DNA of 64,000 bases from Candidatus Latescibacterota bacterium (lineage in GTDB: Bacteria > Latescibacterota > UBA2968 > UBA8231), in NCBI GenBank assembly GCA_965197905.1, contig CBDAOB010000001.1, positions 1 to 64,000 on the forward strand, read 5' to 3'. Positions 43,356 through 56,814 of the stretch are shown here, in pieces. A program made the position numbers and the translations under genes. The notes beneath the pieces are model-generated. The model saw only the letters and a list, made by a program, of their open reading frames with translations, was not told the DNA's origin and searched no databases. Positions within the stretch are counted from its first letter, which is position 1; each line of letters begins with the position of its first letter.

Positions 43356-43640
43356 CTATGCAGCTATCCTCCGATCGAGCTGTTCGCGTTGATCGCGCAG
43401 GTGCTGCAGCTCTGCGCGGGATTCTTCCATCTCGTTGAGAAGGCGGCCCCGTCGGGTCTCCATATGCTGTAGATGGTTGCGGACACCAATGGACTCCGCG
43501 CGCAGCGCGGAAAACTGTTTCTTGAGGTCACTGACAGAGCTGTCAACGCGGCGCAAGCGAGCGCGCAATTTTCGAAGGCGGATGGCGGTAAACCATCGAA
43601 GAACAAGCACGACGGTCAACAGAATTGAGAGCAGTAACAA
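43356..43640 (-). CDS. Small membrane-anchored coiled-coil protein
   Basis: N-terminal TM segment followed by a heptad-rich helix. Confidence 0.55.
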   Translation of the reverse strand: MLLLSILLTVVLVLRWFTAIRLRKLRARLRRVDSSVSDLKKQFSALRAESIGVRNHLQHMETRRGRLLNEMEESRAELQHLRDQREQLDRRIAA

Positions 43641-43717
43641 TGAAGCTTTCCTTTGGTTTCTCTAATACTACATGTTGCAATGTACTCCATTTATCGACCC
43701 CTATTTGGTCTGCTCCA

Positions 43718-43933
43718 CTACTTTTGCCGATCTTGGTCGATCTCGAATTGGTCCAGCTCACGAATGAGAAGCCGCACGATCTGTCGTTCCTTCGACGAAG
43801 CGCCGGCTACCAGGGCCATGAGCAGGCGGCAATTTTCGCCTCCGTCCAGCTTCTTCAATAGATCCTCCATTATTTCTCGGCGACCATCGGGAATCAGGGA
43901 GACAACCTGCTGGGTCAAATCCGTTTCTGTCAC
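43718..43933 (-). CDS. Small hypothetical protein
   Basis: Protein-like 3' part of ORF 43718-44218; GTG at 43933 follows AAGGA. Confidence 0.4.
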   Translation of the reverse strand: MTETDLTQQVVSLIPDGRREIMEDLLKKLDGGENCRLLMALVAGASSKERQIVRLLIRELDQFEIDQDRQK

Positions 43934-44259
43934 GATGAGATCCTTTTTTCCGGACGTCAATGAGGGCACTTCGCCGTCGAAATACGCCACGAACGAGTAC
44001 GGTCGGCACGACAACCAAACTAGCCGCGCGCCGATTGTGCCGTCAAGTGAGCATGTCCTTGACCGGCAATCCACCATATGGTATTGTTCTGCTCGAATTC
44101 CCCAATCTATTGTGTTGAACTCTCCCCCCAAACCAAGCTGAGCGTTGTCATCTCGCTGCCCCGGATGCCGAATTTTGGCCGCAGGCCCTGCGAAACTGGC
44201 ACCACCTCTCCACTTCACCCCTGTATCCGTCGATGAGTTGGGCGTGAAGGAGTTCTGCG

Positions 44260-47200
44260 TTGCGTCTTAGCCACCTGGAAATTTTCGGTTTCAAATCTTT
44301 CGCCCAAAAGGTTCAGATCCCTTTTGGAGCGGGCATTACGGCGATCGTCGGTCCGAACGGTTGCGGTAAATCGAACGTTGTCGAGGCGATTCGGTGGGTG
44401 CTGGGAGAACAGAAGGCTACCGCTTTTCGCAGCCACAAGATGGACGAAGTCGTCTTCGCCGGCACGCGGAATCGCAAGCCGTTGGGTATGGCGGAAGTCG
44501 TGCTGACCATCGAGAACACGAACAAGGTCCTGCCCGTCGATTTCACCGAGGTCACACTGGCCCGACGCCTCTTCCGTTCGGGTGAAAGCGATTACCTGCT
44601 CAACAAGGTCCCCTGCCGCCTGCTCGATATTCAGAATCTCCTGATGGACACCGGTTTGGGCCAGGGCGCCTACGCGGTCATGGAACAGGGCATGGTGGAC
44701 GAGATCATCAGCGAGAAGACCGACAACAGACGGCGAATTCTGGAGGAGGCCGCCGGCATAACCAAATACAAGGTGCGTCGGCGATCGACCTGGTCCAAGC
44801 TCGAATCGACCAATGCCGATCTCACCCGTCTGGCCGATATCATCGTGGAGGTCAAACGTCAGGTCGACTACCTCGGCCGTCAGGTAGGGCGGGCCCGACG
44901 GTACAAGGATTTGAAGGGTGAGCTCGACGAGCTGGAAGTGAAAATGGGTCGCTTGCGCTACTTCGGCACCCGAGAATCTCTGGCACCTCTCGAAGTTGAG
45001 CTCGGACGACTGGGCAAGCTGGCCGAGGAGAACTCAACCCGCTTTACGGTACGCGAAACGGAGTTGGAAAAGACGCGTCTCGCGCTTACGGAAGCCGAGA
45101 AGGCGTTGCAGGATCTGGGAGTCGAGATGACCAGGTGCGTCGAGGAGATCCACCACCGCGACCGCAAGCTGGTTGAGGCCCGCGAACGGCGCGAATCTGC
45201 CGACCAGTTTATCGTTCGAGCCGGCAGGGAAAAAGCAGAGAACGCGCAACAAATCGAGACCGCGGAGAAGCAGCTGACCGAGACGGCGAATCTGCTCGCC
45301 AATTCCGATGCGGAGGCGGAGCAGCTCCGCCAGCGGGTCGAAGCTGCCGCCGCGGAAGCAGCGGAAGCACAGACAGCATTCACCAGCAGCCGGACCGGGC
45401 TCGACGAGATCCGCGCCCAGCGATTGGAGCTGGTGAGAAAACAGGGAGAGCTCAACCGCGGGCTCGAACGACTGCGCACGGAAGACGGTGGCCTGCAACA
45501 GCAGGCCGCCCGCTTGACCGCCGATCTTGCCGAGGTCGAAACCAGAAATGCAAGCGTGGTCGCCGACGAGCGTGCCGCGCGCGCGAAGGCGCACGAGTAC
45601 GGCGAACGCCTGGAGGTTCTCCTGAAGGATCGCGAAGAGGTTCGAGGGCGTCTCGCCGAGGCGGAAGCGGAAGACCGTTCCCTGAAGGAAACGCACGGGG
45701 AGGTTCTTCGGGCGATCGAGGCCAACGATGCTCGCTGCCTCGTTATGGAAAAGGTACGCTCGGGCTACGAGGGTTATGCCAGCGGTGTGCGTACGCTGAT
45801 GCTCGAATGGGAGCGTCGGGATCTCTTTCGGGGGGTCCTAGGAGACCTGATCGATGTGGAGACCGGTTATCACCGAGCCGTGGAGACCGCTCTAGGGGAT
45901 TCGGTGGAATCTCTGATCGCGGAAAGCAGCGACGGCGTTCTGGACGCCATTAACTATCTGAAGGGTCATAGGGGACGGGCCGGGGTGCTCCCGTTGGACT
46001 GGGATCGAGGGGAGGTGCCCGACGTGGCCCTGTCCGATCTTCCGGGCCTTGTGGGCCCGTTGCGGAATTTCGTCCGAGCGGACCAGGTGGTCGCGACCCT
46101 GATAGACACGCTTCTCAGAAATACCTTCGTCGTCAGCGATCTCGAGACCGCGTTGAAGATGGCCCCCCACCTTGCCGCTCGAGGCGTGCGACTCGTCACC
46201 GCCGACGGCGACCTCTGCGACCTGACGGGCAGGATTGCCGGCGGCACCGCGGATTCGGATGACGAATCCGTGCTCGGCCGCAGAGAACAGATTCGCCACC
46301 TGCGTCTCGCGATTGCACGGGACAAGTCGCGTCTGGCCGCGCTCGACGGCAGGTTGACGGCGGAAGCGGCGCGGCGTCAGGTGCTCGGCGCGCGCGACGC
46401 GGAAATCGAGACTGAAATCGAAACCCTGCGCGAGGGGGAGCGGGAGCGGCTCAAGGCGGCGGAACTGTGTCAAAGCGAATCCCGTCAGTTAGGGGCGCGG
46501 CAGACCCTCCTCAAGACCTCACATGAGGAGATGTCCGTACGACGCCGGGAACTGGCCGAGGCGATCCAGACACAGGGGGAGAAAGCGGCCGAAATGGTGC
46601 GGGACGCTACCGGCTTGGAAGAGGAAGTGCTTTCCGGAGAGGAGTTGCTTCAGCGCACTGAATCGGCACATCAGGATTGCGTCAAGGGTCTTTCCCTTCT
46701 GCGCGTCGAAGAGGTCCGACAAACCGAGAAGAATGTCGGCATGAAGCGGGACCAGGAACGCCTCCAGCACATTCGCGCAAATCTGGCTCAAAACTACGAC
46801 CGCCTTGAGTCGGACATCACCGATGCGCACGAACGACAGCGCAGCTGGCGCCAGCAGGAGGTTGAAGTAACGGCCGAGCTCAAGGTGATGCACGAACAGC
46901 GGGATGAACTTCAACGAGAGCAGGACAAGAAACGCCAGAGTTGGAGCGATGTGCAGATTCAGACGCGACAGTTAGAGGAGCAGATCGGCAAACTGCAGAA
47001 AGAGCTCAACACTCAGCGGGAACGAAGACACCAGCTCGAGCTTGAAGTCTCCGAGTTGAAGCTGCGGGCGGAGCAGATTCGCACCTCACTGCAGGAAGAT
47101 CACAGCTGCGATGTCGAATTCCTGGGGCCGTTGGAAGAGGAAGGTTTCGACGGCGACAAGAAGGAGGAACGAATACTGCAGCTGCGCAACTCGATTCAAC

Positions 47201-47823
47201 GCCTGGGCACGGTGCACGTCGGCGTGCTCGAGGAGTACGAGGAGCAGAAAGAAAGGTTCGAGTTCCTCTGCCAGCAACGGGACGATCTGAACGCCGCGGT
47301 CGAGGATCTGCGCAAGACCCTGAGCCTCATCGACCGCACGGCGCGGACGATTTTTCGCGAGTCCTTTCACCAGATTCGCGAGAAATTCCGTGAGACCTTC
47401 GCCAGGTTTTTCCCCGGGGGTGAAGCCGATCTGCGGTTGGAGGAGGACGTGGATCCCCTGGAAGCGAACATCGACATCATTGCGCGACCTCGGGGGAAGC
47501 GCCTCCAGAGCATCGCACTGCTCTCCGGCGGGGAGCGGGCGCTCACCGCGATCTCCTTGCTGTTCGCGCTCTACCTGGTTCGACCGAGCCCGTTCTGCAT
47601 TCTAGACGAGGTGGACGCACCGCTGGACGACGCCAACATCGGTCGATTCGTACACGTCCTCAAAGAGTTCGCCCGCACCACCCAGTTTATCATGGTCACC
47701 CACAACAAGATCTCCATGCACGCAGCCGACGCCCTTCACGGGGTCACCATGCCGGAAGAGGGAATTTCGCAGCTGGTCTCGGTTGCGATCGGCGACGAGC
47801 TCATGAACGAGGCGGCGGGCTAA
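44260..47823 (+). CDS. smc: Chromosome segregation protein SMC
   Basis: GFKSF, GPNGCGKSN, hinge, LSGGE and PFCILDEVDAPLD. Confidence 0.97.
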   Translation: MRLSHLEIFGFKSFAQKVQIPFGAGITAIVGPNGCGKSNVVEAIRWVLGEQKATAFRSHKMDEVVFAGTRNRKPLGMAEVVLTIENTNKVLPVDFTEVTLARRLFRSGESDYLLNKVPCRLLDIQNLLMDTGLGQGAYAVMEQGMVDEIISEKTDNRRRILEEAAGITKYKVRRRSTWSKLESTNADLTRLADIIVEVKRQVDYLGRQVGRARRYKDLKGELDELEVKMGRLRYFGTRESLAPLEVELGRLGKLAEENSTRFTVRETELEKTRLALTEAEKALQDLGVEMTRCVEEIHHRDRKLVEARERRESADQFIVRAGREKAENAQQIETAEKQLTETANLLANSDAEAEQLRQRVEAAAAEAAEAQTAFTSSRTGLDEIRAQRLELVRKQGELNRGLERLRTEDGGLQQQAARLTADLAEVETRNASVVADERAARAKAHEYGERLEVLLKDREEVRGRLAEAEAEDRSLKETHGEVLRAIEANDARCLVMEKVRSGYEGYASGVRTLMLEWERRDLFRGVLGDLIDVETGYHRAVETALGDSVESLIAESSDGVLDAINYLKGHRGRAGVLPLDWDRGEVPDVALSDLPGLVGPLRNFVRADQVVATLIDTLLRNTFVVSDLETALKMAPHLAARGVRLVTADGDLCDLTGRIAGGTADSDDESVLGRREQIRHLRLAIARDKSRLAALDGRLTAEAARRQVLGARDAEIETEIETLREGERERLKAAELCQSESRQLGARQTLLKTSHEEMSVRRRELAEAIQTQGEKAAEMVRDATGLEEEVLSGEELLQRTESAHQDCVKGLSLLRVEEVRQTEKNVGMKRDQERLQHIRANLAQNYDRLESDITDAHERQRSWRQQEVEVTAELKVMHEQRDELQREQDKKRQSWSDVQIQTRQLEEQIGKLQKELNTQRERRHQLELEVSELKLRAEQIRTSLQEDHSCDVEFLGPLEEEGFDGDKKEERILQLRNSIQRLGTVHVGVLEEYEEQKERFEFLCQQRDDLNAAVEDLRKTLSLIDRTARTIFRESFHQIREKFRETFARFFPGGEADLRLEEDVDPLEANIDIIARPRGKRLQSIALLSGGERALTAISLLFALYLVRPSPFCILDEVDAPLDDANIGRFVHVLKEFARTTQFIMVTHNKISMHAADALHGVTMPEEGISQLVSVAIGDELMNEAAG

Positions 47824-48688
47824 TTCCCAATCCTGCCAGATCCAGGTCGTAGGGATTCTTTTCCACAAACATTAAGGCACGGGACCTCGTCCGCTCATCG
47901 TCTGACGCGATGGCTCGGCGCACGAAGTCGGGGTTGTTTTCCAGAAACTCTTTCATCGCCGCCTCGGGATCGCCGTAATACGCCACCAGCACGCGCCGCT
48001 GTTCGGTGTCGATCTGCCCCTCCTGCTCAAGCTCGTCGAACACCGACTCGTCCACCCGCAGCAAACATTTGGTCTCGACGCCCGCCGCGGACAATTTTTC
48101 GACGCCGCCCTGACCCCGATCCACCACGTTCAGCGACCTTGCAAGGACACCACCCCGTTCCGCCAGAGCCGGGATCCAGGCCCTGAAATAGCTGGATGCT
48201 TCGGTCACGAGATCAGCTATGTGCAGGGCTCGCTTCCCCTGCAGATCGGCGTCTTTGACGCTGTTGCCATTGACGAGAAGCACATCCTTGTTCTTGTAGA
48301 CCAGCAGATGAGGCTTGTCCATGCGGACGGCCACCGGTAGAGAGAAGAACCAGTCGCGCCGCTCGCCGCCGGACACGACATCGAAATCGTCGTTCGCGGC
48401 AGCTGCCTGTACCAGGCAGTCGATGGACCCGCGGTACAGCGCATCTTCTTCGAGCTGCTGCAGAAGCCTTCGCTTCATTTCGAGAGGAAACTGGGTGCGA
48501 TCGGAACGACCTTCTTCGATGAACGCAAGAAACCGCTCCGCCTCTCCCTGACCGCCGTAGAGATAGTGGGTGTTTATGTAATACGGTCCCACCGTTCCGG
48601 AGGTGTACCAAAAAAGCTCGCCAGCGGAGGCAAACCGGAGCGCCCCGCTTTTCAGCAGTGAGTTCAGGATGTCGGACTTCGTGGTCAT
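47801..48688 (-). CDS. Type I phosphoribosyltransferase, orotate PRTase-like
   Basis: F.YTSG..GPYYIN and the PRPP loop LHIADLVTEASSY. Confidence 0.7.
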   Translation of the reverse strand: MTTKSDILNSLLKSGALRFASAGELFWYTSGTVGPYYINTHYLYGGQGEAERFLAFIEEGRSDRTQFPLEMKRRLLQQLEEDALYRGSIDCLVQAAAANDDFDVVSGGERRDWFFSLPVAVRMDKPHLLVYKNKDVLLVNGNSVKDADLQGKRALHIADLVTEASSYFRAWIPALAERGGVLARSLNVVDRGQGGVEKLSAAGVETKCLLRVDESVFDELEQEGQIDTEQRRVLVAYYGDPEAAMKEFLENNPDFVRRAIASDDERTRSRALMFVEKNPYDLDLAGLGISPPPRS

Positions 48689-49224
48689 GTCGGTAGATCT
48701 CCCTCTGGTATCTCGCTCAGCTTCGAATTACTGCCATCTCTCGGAGAGAGGATCGGTGTCGCCGCAATATCCCAAGGTAACGCTATCTCGGGATCGTCCC
48801 AGGCTACACCTAACTCATCAGTATCGTCGTAGTAGTTGTCCACAAGGTAGTTGAGTGTTGCGTCGGTCTGTGCGAAGAAACCGTGAGCAACCCCGCTTGG
48901 AATGAAGAGACCCCGCGGTCGTTCCTGATCTAGATCTATGACCAGCTTGTTGGTTCGGGTTGGGGACGAGGACCGGAGATCGCACAGGCCAACTCGCAGT
49001 TCCCCGACGACACAATGCCAGTAATCTATCTGTCGATGGTGGTAGTGCAGCCCACGCAGAACCCCCGCTTTAGACTCAGACCGGCTCCATTGCAGCTTTT
49101 CCCACGAGCGCTGGGGGAACCACTCCTTCCTGAATAGCTCAATGAAGCGACCCCGCTCGTCTCCGTGGACTTCCATATCGACCAGAAACACTCCGGCGAT
49201 CTCCTTCGTTTCCTCCGGTAACAT
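48685..49224 (-). CDS. rmlC: dTDP-4-dehydrorhamnose 3,5-epimerase family
   Basis: HGDERGRF.E, GVLRGLHYH, DLR.SSPT, IP.GVAHGF and WDDP. Confidence 0.88.
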   Translation of the reverse strand: MLPEETKEIAGVFLVDMEVHGDERGRFIELFRKEWFPQRSWEKLQWSRSESKAGVLRGLHYHHRQIDYWHCVVGELRVGLCDLRSSSPTRTNKLVIDLDQERPRGLFIPSGVAHGFFAQTDATLNYLVDNYYDDTDELGVAWDDPEIALPWDIAATPILSPRDGSNSKLSEIPEGDLPT

Positions 49225-49931
49225 CACGATGAACCCTTTCCGCAGCACTTCTTATACTTCTTTCCGCTTCCGCAAGGACAGGGATCGTTCCGCCCTATCT
49301 TCGGAGCCTCCCGACGTTGGGTCTCCACCTTTTGTGGAAATAGGCCCGCTGCGCCGAGAAGCTCAGACGGTTTCTTGCCATTCAGCGCCTCTCGGGGTGT
49401 GGTCAGCCATTCGGTGTGAAGCTCCTGCATCGCAGCCTGCGACACTTCATCCGGCTCGCCCTCCCCTGTCCCCCGCTCCTGGCAGAACAACCCGAAATCG
49501 GCCATCAACTCACCCCTCGGCGAGGAGAGGAGCTCCTCCAGCTGCCCCATGTCGACGCGCTTGGGAAGCAGCTCCTGAAGGTCACCCATCTCGGGCATCG
49601 CGGCAGTCGGCACCGGAAGCGCGCCCGTCTCCGCCACGACTGGATCCATCTCGGCAACACCCTGCTCAGGATCCGGTTCCTCTCGGGTCTCGGCCGGCGC
49701 GACCTCCGATGACAGCTCCTCCAGCAAGCTCCTCAGCTCCTGCCCGTTGTCAGGTGTTGCCTCCGGACGGATCTGGTCCATGATCCAGTCCACCGTCTCA
49801 CCCTCTTCCAGGAGCTCGAGAATCTCATCAGCCGTGAATCGCTGCACACCACGTTCCCGACAATAGATCTTCAGTCGCTCGGTCGCTTCACCCAATATCG
49901 TCTTCTCAGATACGGTTGTAGTGGTCCGCAC
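49224..49931 (-). CDS. SEC-C motif protein
   Basis: C-terminal [21 protein letters not shown]. Confidence 0.85.
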   Translation of the reverse strand: MRTTTTVSEKTILGEATERLKIYCRERGVQRFTADEILELLEEGETVDWIMDQIRPEATPDNGQELRSLLEELSSEVAPAETREEPDPEQGVAEMDPVVAETGALPVPTAAMPEMGDLQELLPKRVDMGQLEELLSSPRGELMADFGLFCQERGTGEGEPDEVSQAAMQELHTEWLTTPREALNGKKPSELLGAAGLFPQKVETQRREAPKIGRNDPCPCGSGKKYKKCCGKGSS

Positions 49932-49994
49932 ACGGACGAACGATTCACCCCAGCCATCAAATTCTTGAGACCCAACCTCAAAAATCTGAGGATT

Positions 49995-50024
49995 TGTAAC
50001 CTTTCGCGCAGCGGGGACATCTAA
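49995..50024 (+). promoter_or_regulatory. Putative ECF-sigma promoter (possible autoregulation)
   Basis: TGTAAC-N17-CATCTAA upstream of the ECF sigma gene. Confidence 0.4.
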
Positions 50025-50154
50025 TTAAGGCGGATACAGAGGCCAAAATGGCATGGATTCAGCCAAAATTGCGCGGTACGCATCTTGCTAAAACTGTGAA
50101 CAACCAGGAATCCCGGTTCTTGCCTCCTCCAACGATTCAACCGAAAGGTTCAAC

Positions 50155-50763
50155 GTGGACAGCAGCCGAAAATTGAGCGACAAGGAAGTCCTGATGCAGG
50201 CCGCGGAGGACAACAACAGCCTGGCTGTGCTCGTCAAACGCTATCGGAATCCTCTTTACAATTTTGTGTTCCGATTTGTCGGCGAGCGGGAAACAGCCGA
50301 GGACATCGTCCAGGAGACTTTCCTTCGCTGCCTCAAGCACAGCCACCAGTACCCGGCCATCGAGCAGGTCTCCACCTGGCTTTACACCATCGCCGGGAAT
50401 CTTGCCAAGACCGAGCTGCGCCGCCGCAAGCGCTGGCACTGGGTTCCCATAGGTCCCAGCGAGGATGAGGAGCGGGTCTCCTACTTCGAACCGGTTGCCC
50501 GCGATCTGCTGCCTGGCGAGCGCAGCGACACAACCACAGTGCACGATTCGGTCATTGTCGCGATTCACCGACTTCCAGAGGAGTTTCGCGAGGCGGTCTT
50601 GCTGCGCGACCTGAACGGACTCTCCTATGAAGAGATCTCCAAGATCATCAACTGTCCGGTCGGCACGGTCAAGTCGCGGGTAAATCGGGGTCGTATTCGC
50701 CTACAGAAGAACCTGCGGCCGCTGGCCGAAGAGGTCATCGGCAATCTCAGCGCCACCGCCTAA
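50155..50763 (+). CDS. ECF sigma-70 factor (RpoE-like)
   Basis: AEDIVQETF, STWLYTIA.N and LSYEEIS.I..CPVGTVKSRVNRGR. Confidence 0.93.
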   Translation: MDSSRKLSDKEVLMQAAEDNNSLAVLVKRYRNPLYNFVFRFVGERETAEDIVQETFLRCLKHSHQYPAIEQVSTWLYTIAGNLAKTELRRRKRWHWVPIGPSEDEERVSYFEPVARDLLPGERSDTTTVHDSVIVAIHRLPEEFREAVLLRDLNGLSYEEISKIINCPVGTVKSRVNRGRIRLQKNLRPLAEEVIGNLSATA

Positions 50764-50785
50764 AGCGTCCCCATTCGAGCGCCCC

Positions 50786-51838
50786 TCAAAACGCCCGGTG
50801 AATCAGAAACTCGAGCATCTCACCCATAATATCTCGTGCAGGGGTGGGCGGTAGCCTCTCCAGGTACTGAAGGCTGACCTCCGCAGTCTGCTGACAGACT
50901 TCGTCGGCGTAAGCCATGCAGCCGTACTCCTCGACGAGACCGATGACGCGTTCGATCTCGTCGGTCGATATCGACTCTCGATCTCTGTGGAGAATCTCCA
51001 GGACCTCCTTCGATTCGAGGTTGGTAGATTTGCGTAGTAGGTCGATGATAATCAGGGTTCGTTTGCCTTCGGCAATGTCCCCACCCCGCTCCTTCCCGTA
51101 AGCACCCGAAGTTATCCCGGGAGCAATGTCAGCGTCCTGCTCGGATGAGGTCAGGTTGAGCAGGTCGTCGCGAATCTGGAAGGCAACAGCCATCTCCTCC
51201 CCGAAGCGGCCGATGGTGGAGCGCATATTGGCATCGGCGTCGGCAATAATGGCGCCAGCCGTGCAGGGGCCGCGACCGGTATACCAGCCGGTCTTCTTGC
51301 GCAGCATCACCATAAATTCGGCTTCGGTCGGGATGTGCCGTTGACGAATCCAGCCAACATCGAACGCCTGCCCTTCGAACGTTTCCCGCGAGCCGCGGAC
51401 CATCTCTTGTATCAACTCGAGCACCACGCCGCCGGGAAGGTTCTCGTCGTTGGCGCAAAGAACCTCAAACACCTTTGAGTAAAGGGCATCTCCGACGTTT
51501 ACACTCAGGGGCACACCATGAAGCTTGTGAATGCATGGCTTTCCCCTGCGAAAGTCTGAATCGTCTTCGATATCGTCGTGCACGACGGCAAATGACTGGA
51601 ACATCTCGAAAGCGGCCGCCGTGCGGACGGCGCGACTGACATCGCCACCGAGTGCCTCGCACGCCAGCAGCACGAGGGCCGGGCGAAAACGTTTGCCTCC
51701 CCTTTCGGGGTAGTCGCGCATCGGTCCATACAGGAATCCCTCCGGCTCCTGCAACGGCAGAAACGAAAACATCTCGCGTTCGATTTCGGGAATGTATTGA
51801 TGCAGGTAGGAACGCAAGGCCGGCTGCACCGGTGCCAT
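50786..51838 (-). CDS. Polyprenyl diphosphate synthase (short-chain, GGPPS/IdsA-like)
   Basis: GGKRFRP, HDDIED..RRG, GQ..D, KT and FQIRDDLL. Confidence 0.92.
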   Translation of the reverse strand: MAPVQPALRSYLHQYIPEIEREMFSFLPLQEPEGFLYGPMRDYPERGGKRFRPALVLLACEALGGDVSRAVRTAAAFEMFQSFAVVHDDIEDDSDFRRGKPCIHKLHGVPLSVNVGDALYSKVFEVLCANDENLPGGVVLELIQEMVRGSRETFEGQAFDVGWIRQRHIPTEAEFMVMLRKKTGWYTGRGPCTAGAIIADADANMRSTIGRFGEEMAVAFQIRDDLLNLTSSEQDADIAPGITSGAYGKERGGDIAEGKRTLIIIDLLRKSTNLESKEVLEILHRDRESISTDEIERVIGLVEEYGCMAYADEVCQQTAEVSLQYLERLPPTPARDIMGEMLEFLIHRAF

Positions 51839-51847
51839 ACCTTGCGC

Positions 51848-52258
51848 CTACAGACCGCCGGCGAGCTTGAGGCGGTTCAGCGCCCGGCTGAGGGATGCTT
51901 CGGCCCGTATGCGGTCCACATCCTCTTCGTGAGCGCGGCTCAACCGGTCTTCTGCCCGTTGACGGGCAGCGCGGGCGCGGTCCGCGTCTATATGCGCGGC
52001 CAGCTCGGCGGTCTCAGCCAGTACCGTAACGCTCTGGCCGTCTACCTCCACGAATCCACCACTCGTTGAAGCGTACTGATCACCTGCGCTTGCCTCCTTG
52101 AAGGAGATGACGCCGACGGCAACCCCGGCGAGCATCGGCACGTGTCTTGGCAGCACGCCGAAACTCCCCTCGCTGCCAGGCACCTTCACGCTTTCAACGC
52201 TTCCGGAGTAGATGCGCTGCTCTGGGGTCACGATTTCCAGTTGAATCGGCATTTGCAA
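51848..52258 (-). CDS. atpC: ATP synthase epsilon
   Basis: LEIVTPE, GSFGVLPRH and SGGFVEV. Confidence 0.95.
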   Translation of the reverse strand: MQMPIQLEIVTPEQRIYSGSVESVKVPGSEGSFGVLPRHVPMLAGVAVGVISFKEASAGDQYASTSGGFVEVDGQSVTVLAETAELAAHIDADRARAARQRAEDRLSRAHEEDVDRIRAEASLSRALNRLKLAGGL

Positions 52259-52260
52259 AC

Positions 52261-54524
<2,264 letters not shown>

Positions 54525-54525
54525 G

Positions 54526-56046
54526 TTATACGGGACGGAATCTGGCTTTGAATTCCTCGACCACCGCCTTAAGCTTCTCCTGGGTGTCATCGCTCAGATT
54601 CTTGCTGTCGCGAATCTCGCCCAGCAGCTCTGAATGCTGCTGACGAAGGTGGTCGAGTAGGTTGGCTTCGAACTGCCGCACTTGGTCGGTGGGGAGGTCG
54701 TCGATAAGATTTCCTGCGAAAAGCGCTGCGACCTGCTCCTCCTCGGGCATGGGCACGAACTGATTCTGTTTCAGGATCTCGGTCAGTTTTTCTCCCCGGT
54801 TCAGCAGATTGCGCGTGGAGGCGTCCAGATCGGATGCCCCGAACTGGGCAAACGCTTTGACCTCGTTGTACTGGGAGAGGTCGACGCGCAAGGTTTTCGC
54901 AACCGCTTTCATCGCTTTCGTCTGTGCGGCGCTGCCGACGCGAGACACGGAGGCACCCACGTCCATCGCCGGCCTGACTCCCGCATAGAATAGCTCGGGC
55001 TTGAGCAGGATTTGACCGTCGGTGATCGACCAGACATTGGTCGGTATGTAGGTCGACACGTCCCCTTCGAGGATCTCGATGATGGGCAGCGCGGTCAGGG
55101 TGCCCCCACCCTTCTCATCGCTGAACTTGGCCGCCCGTTCCAGCAGGCGCGAGTGCAGGTAGAATACATCCCCAGGATACGCCTCGCGGCCGGGTGGACG
55201 GCGCAACACCAGAGACATCTCGCGATACGCCCACGAGTGTTTGGAAAGATCGTCGTAGACGATCAACGCATTCTCGCCCTTATCGCGAAAGTATTCACCC
55301 ATGGAACAACCGGAATATGGAGCAAGATACTGCAGAGGAGCCGGATCGCTTGCGGGAGCCGACACCACGGTGGTGTACTCCATGGCGCCGTTATTCTCCA
55401 GATCGCTGACGATCTTGGCAACGCTGGAGCTCTTCTGACCGATGGCCACGTAGACGCATTTGACGCCGGATTTCTTCTGATTGATGATGGCATCGATGCC
55501 GATGGCCGTCTTGCCCGTCTGCCGATCGCCGATGATCAGCTCCCGCTGTCCCATACCTATGGGAACGGTAGCATCGATCACCTTGAGCCCGGTCTGCAGC
55601 GGCTGCTCCACCTTCTGCCGATCGATCACCCCGGGCGCCATCCGTTCGACGGGTAGCGTGCGCGAAGTCGAGATGTCACCCTTTCCGTCGATAGGCTGCC
55701 CCAGGGGATTGACCACCCTGCCCAGCAACTCCTCGCCGACGGGCACCTCGACGATGCGCCCGGTGCGTTTGACCTGATCGCCCTCGACGATATGCGTGTC
55801 TTCTCCGAAGAGCACGCAACCGACATTATCTTCCTCGAGGTTGAGGGCCATGCCCATGATCCCATGGGGAAATTCCACCATCTCGGTTGCACGCACGTTC
55901 CCGAGCCCGTGAACCCTGGCGATTCCGTCACCAACGTAGAGTACCGACCCGGTTTCGGAGACATCGACCTCCTTTTCGAAACCGAGCAACTGCTGCTTCA
56001 GGATCGCGGAGATCTCTCCGGGTTGAACCATTGTCTCTGACGCCAT
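54526..56046 (-). CDS. atpA: ATP synthase alpha
   Basis: [14 protein letters not shown] and [25 protein letters not shown]. Confidence 0.98.
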   Translation of the reverse strand: MASETMVQPGEISAILKQQLLGFEKEVDVSETGSVLYVGDGIARVHGLGNVRATEMVEFPHGIMGMALNLEEDNVGCVLFGEDTHIVEGDQVKRTGRIVEVPVGEELLGRVVNPLGQPIDGKGDISTSRTLPVERMAPGVIDRQKVEQPLQTGLKVIDATVPIGMGQRELIIGDRQTGKTAIGIDAIINQKKSGVKCVYVAIGQKSSSVAKIVSDLENNGAMEYTTVVSAPASDPAPLQYLAPYSGCSMGEYFRDKGENALIVYDDLSKHSWAYREMSLVLRRPPGREAYPGDVFYLHSRLLERAAKFSDEKGGGTLTALPIIEILEGDVSTYIPTNVWSITDGQILLKPELFYAGVRPAMDVGASVSRVGSAAQTKAMKAVAKTLRVDLSQYNEVKAFAQFGASDLDASTRNLLNRGEKLTEILKQNQFVPMPEEEQVAALFAGNLIDDLPTDQVRQFEANLLDHLRQQHSELLGEIRDSKNLSDDTQEKLKAVVEEFKARFRPV

Positions 56047-56086
56047 CTCTCTTCCTTCCGGATTCTTCTTTTCTATAACCTTACTA

Positions 56087-56626
56087 TCAGGTACCGACCA
56101 AGTGCCGGTGCAGGCGCTCCAGATAGGTTGCAACGCTGCCGTCGTACACCGTGTCACCGATGCTAGCCACGGCGCCGCCGCGAATGGCCGGATCGACTTC
56201 GACGTGCAACCTTACCTCCTTGCCCGAAATCTCCGCCAGGCGCCGGCGCAGCCGTCCTATCTGATCTTCTCCCAGGGGAACGGCCGAACGAACCTCTGCG
56301 GAAATGACGCCGGATCTTTCGTCGCACAAGGCTTCGAAAAGCTCAAGCATTTCGGGAAGCAGGTCGGTGCGCCGCCGCTCGGTGAGGAGCAGGAGGAAGT
56401 TCAGGGTCAAACTCTGGACTCGTCCCCCGAACAAACGCTCGAGAGCACCACGCTGCAGCAATGAACTCATATAGCGATTGCCTACAAACGAGGCCAGCTC
56501 CTCCGATTGCTCGAGAGTCTGTCGTAGGCCCCGGACGTCGCTTCGAACCGCGTCGAGCACGCTACTTTCCTCGGCGGCTTCCAGCAGGGTGGCTGCATAG
56601 CGCCGAACTACCTCGGGTGCTTTCAT
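56087..56626 (-). CDS. atpH: ATP synthase delta
   Basis: RRYA..L, VRSAVPL and VDP.I.GG...IGD.VYDGS. Confidence 0.93.
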   Translation of the reverse strand: MKAPEVVRRYAATLLEAAEESSVLDAVRSDVRGLRQTLEQSEELASFVGNRYMSSLLQRGALERLFGGRVQSLTLNFLLLLTERRRTDLLPEMLELFEALCDERSGVISAEVRSAVPLGEDQIGRLRRRLAEISGKEVRLHVEVDPAIRGGAVASIGDTVYDGSVATYLERLHRHLVGT

Positions 56627-56653
56627 CTTCCTCTCGGAATCGCTTCGGGCCGG

Positions 56654-56814
56654 ATGCGCTGCTCAATAACTGGCCTTGCAAAATTGCGGCGCAGAGGCGC
56701 CCGGCCCGCAAGACGCGCGATCGAGCCATATTGGTGGATATGGCGAGTGAGCGCAACGCAGCGGGCTGGGATGCATCGGCGGCGAAATGCAAGGACGGTT
56801 GTTGAACAGTGCAT
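56654..56814. mobile_element. 161-bp MITE-like element between atpF and atpH
   Basis: 27-bp imperfect terminal inverted repeats (22/27 identical; 56654-56680 and 56788-56814), internal hairpins, non-coding. Confidence 0.7.

Noticed and set aside
49224..49931. secA
   Set aside because: Only the SEC-C zinc motif is present; there are no helicase domains.
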